Assembly (NCBI GenBank): GCA_964016885.1
Contig: OZ024759.1
Location: 27,280,001-27,344,000 of the forward strand
Reading direction: 5' to 3'
Length of the DNA stretch: 64,000 nt
From: Eledone cirrhosa
Taxonomy: Eukaryota
In this document: one piece after another, positions 54,201-64,000 of the stretch
Position numbering within the stretch: the stretch's first letter is position 1
Layout of the letters: each line of letters opens with the position of its first letter
Notes under the pieces: generated by a model
Seen by the model: only the letters and a program-made list of their open reading frames with translations
The model's database searches: none
Told to the model about the DNA's origin: nothing
Program-made: the position numbers and the translations under genes

Positions 54201-57200
54201 AAATTAATTTTAGATTATTCGTACCTCGTCTGTGTGGTTTATTTTGATGTAGCGTCCCTGTCTTGTTTATTTTTGGTTACATTTTAAATGTGAAATACAG
54301 GAACATCAGACATTAAAATGAAATGTTACGTAAAACATACACCTTGTGTTTATTCCAGGTATTTAGATAGATGTCCAGATGTCCACTGACAACAAAATAA
54401 TACAATCATCCAGTGAAAGTTGGTAATAATCCAGGTTCGTTGCAGTCACCATTCACAGTAAACAATGGTTAGAAAGAAACAAAAACAAAAGACGTATTCA
54501 GCAGTTAATGAAGTGAAAACAAAATAAAAACAACTTTACTGAATAAAATTCATTTCTTAATTTCAATAAGGTTTTTTGTTCTTTCTTTTATAAAAGAAAA
54601 CAAATTTTAATTAAAATATGTTGAATATAATATGGGACATTACGACAAAGTACAGCATTATTAGTTCAAATCTTACTTAATAAAAGCAACAAATACGCAG
54701 TTATTAGTATAAAACCTAACGGAAATCGAACCCTAAAACAGGATCTCCACCGTCTCTAGTACTTACCATTAGGCCACAGGGACAGTTAGAAAAATGCATT
54801 GAAAATTAATATTTACTTACCTATACTAGAAAAAACCGGAAGTGGAGAAAATTGAAAAACTTTTTCTTTTTCTTCCTCTGATTTTTGCCACGAACGATAA
54901 CTCGTCTCTGACTTAAATCCAAATTTTGGATATAAAAAAATCAGAGGAAGAAAAAGAAGATGTTTTTCAATTTTCTCCACTTCCGGTTTTTCCTAGTAAT
55001 GAAAAAGTAGGTTTATAAATATCAATTTTCAGTAAGTTTCCGTAACCGTCCCTTTAGCCTAGTGGTAAGTATAATAGCCGGTGGAGGTCCAGGTGCGGGG
55101 TTCAATCACTGGCAGTGTGTCGTATTATATTTTTTATAGTATAAAACAAAAATAAAAAAGTAACTTTATAAATATTAATTTTCACACTGTTTTTATATCT
55201 GTCTCCGTGGCCTAATGGTAGGTATTAGAGACGGTGGAGAACCTGCTCTGGGTTTAGATTTCAGTCAAAGTCTATAGATAATAATTTCATTTTTTACTTT
55301 ACTAGAGAAAAATTTAAATTTTAAAATATATAGTACAGATTCGGACTGAGATTGAACACCACATCAGTGTCTACATAGTCTCTAACACCTACCATTAGGC
55401 CAACGAAACACATACAAGAACATAAGAAAAAAATTTATATTTATAAACCTACTTTCAATTTCCAAGCAAAATAGATGTGCTGGCGTTCATGGCTTTCTCA
55501 TTGTTATTTCTACTAGAATCGGGTCAATGTTTACATTTATTCTTCTGGGGCTTTCATAAAATATATTTTCACTTTCTTTCGGGTTCATTAGATCCTACAA
55601 CCAGATGATCTACAGGGACCTTCTTCATGGTCATAGCTGATTATTAAATATATACGGGAGAGTGTGTGTGTGTGTGTGTGTGTGTGTATTAGATATTGCC
55701 GTGATGTACTCAGCAATAATGGTTTTCAATTCCGTCGTCCCTCCATCCTTGGTGTGTATATAAATATATATGTGATTTTAACGTACAACGGCGACAATAT
55801 ATAAATCTGTTTTGTTTGATAATAATTAGATAAAGCTAATTCTACAACCCCTGTTAAACATTGAAACGACGACTATAAAATATAGCAACAACCACGACAT
55901 AACAGTCTCTGGTTAAATATGATTTAATGAAATTATTGCTAGAGATTGATCCCTAATATTTTATCTCACTCCTTAACCAGGGAGGAAAGGTCCTCAGACT
56001 CGGACAATGTTGATAAGGAGAGCAGAGTGTATCCTTATTTGTCACGTCTTTCCAGTTGTCACGGTATATAAAAGGCAGTAGTAGTAGTCACTCCTGCGAA
56101 AGACGTTGTCAGTTAGCCTTCTGTAACGAGAGAAGAAGGTCGTGGCTTTTTTTTTTCCTCCCTATCACATAATTCATACATTTGTCATCCTTTAGATATC
56201 AATATACAAGAGAAAGAAGAAAATTGAGAACTTCGGTCTTTTAAAAGTAACATTTATTACATTAGAGCAAAATCTTGCATTAACAATATTTTGTGAGACT
56301 AAACATGGAATGGACAAAGAGATTATTAGAAGAAGAGCAATTGTCTCTATCTTAAACGTCAATGCATTCTACAGAAAATCGAAATGAGAATAATTACAGA
56401 GATACTTTACAAAATGTTTCGCGATATGGTTCAAGTTATTTTGTAGTAATATGCAGCTATATTTATACATGTCTCTTATACCCCCTCCACAAGGAATTGT
56501 GAATATGTATGAATATGATTTTAAAGATGGCTAAACATGTTGAAGAAAAAAAAAAGGAATTCAGATGATAGGAATAATAAAACATTCCTTTGCCTAGCTA
56601 AATGTCGAGAGGTCTAAAACACTAGTTGAATGATATGTGTGATACGACCTAGAATATTGTTTTGGGGCATGGTCAGACGACTTCAGAAAATACGGAGAAG
56701 CTATTGAAGGAATCGAGAAAAGAACAAAACAGAAAACACCAGAATTATTAAGAAATCGTCTTCTGAAGAAAGATGTTAAACTTTAGGGATTGCAAATTTA
56801 GAGGAGATAAATCTAACAGGGTGGGGGGACATGATAGAAATATATATTTAAAGGACTAATATTTAAATAGTAGTACACTATTCAAATGTAAAGCTCTGAA
56901 TAACTATATCTTTCGGGGAGATATATCAAACAAGTGACATGATAGAAATATTTAAAATAATGAAAAGACTACAATATACAGTATTGCAGAAGTAAATGAA
57001 AATATAAGAAGACATCACCATTGAACTGCAGATGAAAGTCAGTACTCTTTACATTTATCCCAGGTATATAGAAAGCTATCCTGATGTCCACTGATTGAAA
57101 TATAAAACAATAAAGAAACACCACAATCCAGTAAACCTTAGTAATAATCCAATTAAGCCGCCATTTACAATAGAAAGTAGTAAGAAAAACAAAGTCACAC

Positions 57201-60200
57201 TCAGAAGTTAATGCAGTGAAAACAATAAAAATATTATTAATAAATAATAATAATTTCATTTCATATTATCATTAAATTGTTTGTCTATTTTTATTGTAAA
57301 CATAAAATATACTAATATATATATATATATATATATTCATACATATACATCGATACATTCTGTGAGTATGTCTTACTTAGGCAACAGTCAAGTAATTTGC
57401 GGGGAGGAACCAATCCGTTATATTGATCCCAGTACATGACTGGTACTATAAGTTATATGCTCCAAAATCATAAAATTATGGGTTAATCTAAACACTGAGA
57501 ACACAAAGGTGGGGTAAAATTATTTAAAAATTGAGGTTTTAATATTTTATTTTTTATTTACAAATTATATGTCTTGGTGTCATATTTAAGGATATAATGT
57601 AGTTATTGGTGGAAATAATATAATATGTGATGAAGAGGTGTATAGAACTGTGGATATAGAATTGTTTTAATCATTATTTTTAACGGACGAAAAAACTACA
57701 TAATGACTTCTAGTCGGAGTTACGGGAAATTACGGCAAAGACACTCCATGAAGGTTCAAATATTACACATTATCTATATATAGGAATCAGGCTAAACAAT
57801 TTACGGGCACGTCGCTCTAAGTTGGAATATTTTTCACACACACAGACACGGGAGTTAGGTATGGCATATTTCAAATAAGAGAACATTATTACAGACGGAG
57901 TCATTGTAGGTTCAAATCATTGTTAGACCGATCAGAAAGAAAATGGATATATAATTCATGAAAAAACCTGAAGTGTGAAAGACAGAGTCGACCCTTTCTA
58001 GTAACAACACTAAGAAAGCCATGAACGCCACCACGTCCTAAATCTAACTCTGCGATCGTCATATCAAATCGAAATACTTCACCAACTGTGGAAGATGAAG
58101 GATTGAAGAACTATGATATATAGCTAAGAGGCTTGTCTCCAGAACATTTGAAAAATGTTCCACCAGCCACCTGTATAGTAAATATTCCAAAGTATACCAA
58201 ATATGTTTCGTAAATGTTTGTTCCTGGTTTAATTTTCCCAATTAGCTTCCTGATTTTTATTCAGGTTCTTTGCATATATTCCTTGAATAGGTTTTCGGGT
58301 AGCATACCTTCTTAAATCTCAAAATTCTATATCGGCCACCAAAGTTTCCAATGGCCCTCAATTTTCTGTTCAGCTGCTCATCGTCCACCCAACAGTTGAA
58401 ACCGCCCAGTTGAGGAACCCCTATGGGTAAGCTACCTCGAATGATGCTATATATTAATCGAGAGGAGGAGGTGACTATTATAATTTTTATAAGTAATAAT
58501 CTTTTAAAGACAAGAGGAAATTTCATCATTAAAATCATAAATATATGTCTACAGAATACAGATTATCAAAATGAAATTAAAAGCAAGTAAATCAGGGGCC
58601 ACGAAACTTTACATATTTAGTTTTATTTCTATCGTGAAAAATGTTGATCTTCAGATATTAGATTATGGCGGCTGTAATTGTCTTTGTGTTGACGTGTTTG
58701 TTTGAAATCCTTTTTTTAATGTTTGTCTCTCTTTAAACATCGTTTATAGTTTGTTAAAATTAATTTTAGATTATTCGTACCTCGTCTGTGTGGTTTATTT
58801 TGATGTAGCGTCCCTGTCTTGTTTATTTTTGGTTACATTTTAAATGTGAAATACAGGAACATCAGACATTAAAATGAAATGTTACGTAAAACATACACCT
58901 TGTGTTTATTCCAGGTATTTAGATAGATGTCCAGATGTCCACTGACAACAAAATAATACAATCATCCAGTGAAAGTTGGTAATAATCCAGGTTCGTTGCA
59001 GTCACCATTCACAGTAAACAATGGTTAGAAAGAAACAAAAACAAAAGACGTATTCAGCAGTTAATGAAGTGAAAACAAAATAAAAACAACTTTACTGAAT
59101 AAAATTCATTTCTTAATTTCAATAAGGTTTTTTGTTCTTTCTTTTATAAAAGAAAACAAATTTTAATTAAAATATGTTGAATATAATATGGGACATTACG
59201 ACAAAGTACAGCATTATTAGTTCAAATCTTACTTAATAAAAGCAACAAATACGCAGTTATTAGTATAAAACCTAACGGAAATCGAACCCTAAAACAGGAT
59301 CTCCACCGTCTCTAGTACTTACCATTAGGCCACAGGGACAGTTAGAAAAATGCATTGAAAATTAATATTTACTTACCTATACTAGAAAAAACCGGAAGTG
59401 GAGAAAATTGAAAAACTTTTTCTTTTTCTTCCTCTGATTTTTGCCACGAACGATAACTCGTCTCTGACTTAAATCCAAATTTTGGATATAAAAAAATCAG
59501 AGGAAGAAAAAGAAGATGTTTTTCAATTTTCTCCACTTCCGGTTTTTTCTAGTAATGAAAAAGTAGGTTTATAAATATCAATTTTCAGTAAGTTTCCGTA
59601 ACCGTCCCTTTAGCTTAGTGGTGAGTGTAAGAGCCGGTGGAGGTCCAGGTGCGGGGTTCAATCACTGGCAGTGTGTCGTATTATATTTTTTATAGTATAA
59701 AACAAAAATAAAAAAGTAACTTTATAAATATTAATTTTCACACTGTTTTTATATCTGTCTCCGTGGCCTAATGGTAGGTATTAGAGACGGTGGAGAACCT
59801 GCTCTGGGTTTAGATTTCAGTCAAAGTCTATAGATAATAATTTCATTTTTTACTTTACTAGAGAAAAATTTAAATTTTAAAATATATAGTACAGATTCGG
59901 ACTGAGATTGAACACCACATCAGTGTCTACATAGTCTCTAACACCTACCATTAGGCCAACGAAACACATACAAGAACATAAGAAAAAAATTTATATTTAT
60001 AAACCTACTTTCAATTTCCAAGCAAAATAGATGTGCTGGCGTTCATGGCTTTCTCATTGTTATTTCTACTAGAATCGGGTCAATGTTTACATTTATTCTT
60101 CTGGGGCTTTCATAAAATATATTTTCACTTTCTTTCGGGTTCATTAGATCCTACAACCAGATGATCTACAGGGACCTTCTTCATGGTCATAGCTGATTAT

Positions 60201-63200
60201 TAAATATATACGGGAGAGTGTGTGTGTGTGTGTGTGTGTGTATTAGATATTGCCGTGATGTACTCAGCAATAATGGTTTTCAATTCCGTCGTCCCTCCAT
60301 CCTTGGTGTGTATATAAATATATATGTGATTTTAACGTACAACGGCGACAATATATAAATCTGTTTTGTTTGATAATAATTAGATAAAGCTAATTCTACA
60401 ACCCCTGTTAAACATTGAAACGACGACTATAAAATATAGCAACAACCACGACATAACAGTCTCTGGTTAAATATGATTTAATGAAATTATTGCTAGAGAT
60501 TGATCCCTAATATTTTATCTCACTCCTTAACCAGGGAGGAAAGGTCCTCAGACTCGGACAATGTTGATAAGGAGAGCAGAGTGTATCCTTATTTGTCACG
60601 TCTTTCCAGTTGTCACGGTATATAAAAGGCAGTAGTAGTAGTCACTCCTGCGAAAGACGTTGTCAGTTAGCCTTCTGTAACGAGAGAAGAAGGTCGTGGC
60701 TTTTTTTTTTCCTCCCTATCACATAATTCATACATTTGTCATCCTTTAGATATCAATATACAAGAGAAAGAAGAAAATTGAGAACTTCGGTCTTTTAAAA
60801 GTAACATTTATTACATTAGAGCAAAATCTTGCATTAACAATATTTTGTGAGACTAAACATGGAATGGACAAAGAGATTATTAGAAGAAGAGCAATTGTCT
60901 CTATCTTAAACGTCAATGCATTCTACAGAAAATCGAAATGAGAATAATTACAGAGATACTTTACAAAATGTTTCGCGATATGGTTCAAGTTATTTTGTAG
61001 TAATATGCAGCTATATTTATACATGTCTCTTATACCCCCTCCACAAGGAATTGTGAATATGTATGAATATGATTTTAAAGATGGCTAAACATGTTGAAGA
61101 AAAAAAAAAGGAATTCAGATGATAGGAATAATAAAACATTCCTTTGCCTAGCTAAATGTCGAGAGGTCTAAAACACTAGTTGAATGATATGTGTGATACG
61201 ACCTAGAATATTGTTTTGGGGCATGGTCAGACGACTTCAGAAAATACGGAGAAGCTATTGAAGGAATCGAGAAAAGAACAAAACAGAAAACACCAGAATT
61301 ATTAAGAAATCGTCTTCTGAAGAAAGATGTTAAACTTTAGGGATTGCAAATTTAGAGGAGATAAATCTAACAGGGTGGGGGGACATGATAGAAATATATA
61401 TTTAAAGGACTAATATTTAAATAGTAGTACACTATTCAAATGTAAAGCTCTGAATAACTATATCTTTCGGGGAGATATATCAAACAAGTGACATGATAGA
61501 AATATTTAAAATAATGAAAAGACTACAATATACAGTATTGCAGAAGTAAATGAAAATATAAGAAGACATCACCATTGAACTGCAGATGAAAGTCAGTACT
61601 CTTTACATTTATCCCAGGTATATAGAAAGCTATCCTGATGTCCACTGATTGAAATATAAAACAATAAAGAAACACCACAATCCAGTAAACCTTAGTAATA
61701 ATCCAATTAAGCCGCCATTTACAATAGAAAGTAGTAAGAAAAACAAAGTCACACTCAGAAGTTAATGCAGTGAAAACAATAAAAATATTATTAATAAATA
61801 ATAATAATTTCATTTCATATTATCATTAAATTGTTTGTCTATTTTTATTGTAAACATAAAATATACTAATATATATATATATATATATATTCATACATAT
61901 ACATCGATACATTCTGTGAGTATGTCTTACTTAGGCAACAGTCAAGTAATTTGCGGGGAGGAACCAATCCGTTATATTGATCCCAGTACATGACTGGTAC
62001 TATAAGTTATATGCTCCAAAATCATAAAATTATGGGTTAATCTAAACACTGAGAACACAAAGGTGGGGTAAAATTATTTAAAAATTGAGGTTTTAATATT
62101 TTATTTTTTATTTACAAATTATATGTCTTGGTGTCATATTTAAGGATATAATGTAGTTATTGGTGGAAATAATATAATATGTGATGAAGAGGTGTATAGA
62201 ACTGTGGATATAGAATTGTTTTAATCATTATTTTTAACGGACGAAAAAACTACATAATGACTTCTAGTCGGAGTTACGGGAAATTACGGCAAAGACACTC
62301 CATGAAGGTTCAAATATTACGCATTATCTATATATAGGAATCAGGCTAAACAATTTACGGGCACGTCGCTCTAAGTTGGAATATTTTTCACACACACAGA
62401 CACGGGAGTTAGGTATGGCATATTTCAAATAAGAGAACATTATTACAGACGGAGTCATTGTAGGTTCAAATCATTGTTAGACCGATCAGAAAGAAAATGG
62501 ATATATAATTCATGAAAAAACCTGAAGTGTGAAAGACAGAGTCGACCCTTTCTAGTAACAACACTAAGAAAGCCATGAACGCCACCACGTCCTAAATCTA
62601 ACTCTGCGATCGTCATATCAAATCGAAATACTTCACCAACTGTGGAAGATGAAGGATTGAAGAACTATGATATATAGCTAAGAGGCTTGTCTCCAGAACA
62701 TTTGAAAAATGTTCCACCAGCCACCTGTATAGTAAATATTCCAAAGTATACCAAATATGTTTCGTAAATGTTTGTTCCTGGTTTAATTTTCCCAATTAGC
62801 TTCCTGATTTTTATTCAGGTTCTTTGCATATATTCCTTGAATAGGTTTTCGGGTAGCATACCTTCTTAAATCTCAAAATTCTATATCGGCCACCAAAGTT
62901 TCCAATGGCCCTCAATTTTCTGTTCAGCTGCTCATCGTCCACCCAACAGTTGAAACCGCCCAGTTGAGGAACCCCTATGGGTAAGCTACCTCGAATGATG
63001 CTATATATTAATCGAGAGGAGGAGGTGACTATTATAATTTTTATAAGTAATAATCTTTTAAAGACAAGAGGAAATTTCATCATTAAAATCATAAATATAT
63101 GTCTACAGAATACAGATTATCAAAATGAAATTAAAAGCAAGTAAATCAGGGGCCACGAAACTTTACATATTTAGTTTTATTTCTATCGTGAAAAATGTTG

Positions 63201-64000
63201 ATCTTCAGATATTAGATTATGGCGGCTGTAATTGTCTTTGTGTTGACGTGTTTGTTTGAAATCCTTTTTTTAATGTTTGTCTCTCTTTAAACATCGTTTA
63301 TAGTTTGTTAAAATTAATTTTAGATTATTCGTACCTCGTCTGTGTGGTTTATTTTGATGTAGCGTCCCTGTCTTGTTTATTTTTGGTTACATTTTAAATG
63401 TGAAATACAGGAACATCAGACATTAAAATGAAATGTTACGTAAAACATACACCTTGTGTTTATTCCAGGTATTTAGATAGATGTCCAGATGTCCACTGAC
63501 AACAAAATAATACAATCATCCAGTGAAAGTTGGTAATAATCCAGGTTCGTTGCAGTCACCATTCACAGTAAACAATGGTTAGAAAGAAACAAAAACAAAA
63601 GACGTATTCAGCAGTTAATGAAGTGAAAACAAAATAAAAACAACTTTACTGAATAAAATTCATTTCTTAATTTCAATAAGGTTTTTTGTTCTTTCTTTTA
63701 TAAAAGAAAACAAATTTTAATTAAAATATGTTGAATATAATATGGGACATTACGACAAAGTACAGCATTATTAGTTCAAATCTTACTTAATAAAAGCAAC
63801 AAATACGCAGTTATTAGTATAAAACCTAACGGAAATCGAACCCTAAAACAGGATCTCCACCGTCTCTAGTACTTACCATTAGGCCACAGGGACAGTTAGA
63901 AAAATGCATTGAAAATTAATATTTACTTACCTATACTAGAAAAAACCGGAAGTGGAGAAAATTGAAAAACTTTTTCTTTTTCTTCCTCTGATTTTTGCCA

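Larger units (their letters stand above)
533..64000. repeat. Tandem macrosatellite array, ~4.56 kb monomer, 13 full copies plus 1 partial; runs off the right edge
   Basis: The anchor AACACCACATCAGTGTCT recurs at 533, 5088, 9661, 14239, 18797, 23358, 27916, 32483, 37050, 41633, 46214, 50801, 55355 and 59911 (periods 4554-4587 bp). The ORF track repeats identically with the same period. Length differences come mainly from (GT)n, (AT)n and poly-T tracts. Confidence 0.99.

Noticed and set aside
533-64000. rDNA, 5S, histone or spliceosomal snRNA tandem cluster; CRISPR array
   Set aside because: I could find none of the conserved sequences of these genes in the monomer, and there is no short repeat-spacer structure or cas-like ORF.

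Overview
AT-rich animal (metazoan) genomic DNA, not prokaryotic. After about 530 bp of unique flank, the window is one head-to-tail macrosatellite: 13 complete and 1 partial copy of a ~4.56 kb monomer, near-identical apart from scattered SNPs and microsatellite length. The monomer has no recognisable intact protein gene. It is a mosaic of mobile-element debris: a dead CR1/L2-type LINE ORF2 C-terminus, a possible R4/Dong-like RT remnant, a SINE-tail fragment resembling mollusc/cephalopod SINEs, and two pairs of internally duplicated repeats. Two structured modules stand out. The first is a ~750 bp cassette of four tRNA-like units (TATA at about -34, A box, B box, T-run) arranged <- [63-bp-arm hairpin] -> -> <-, forming nested palindromes. 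The second is a TATA-box promoter-like region followed by a short foldable sequence and a T-run. SNP patterns show a dimeric (~9.1 kb) higher-order repeat in the middle of the array and a homogenised monomer block at the right end. Sub-features are given for monomer 1 and recur in every monomer. All comparisons were made by eye, without database searches.
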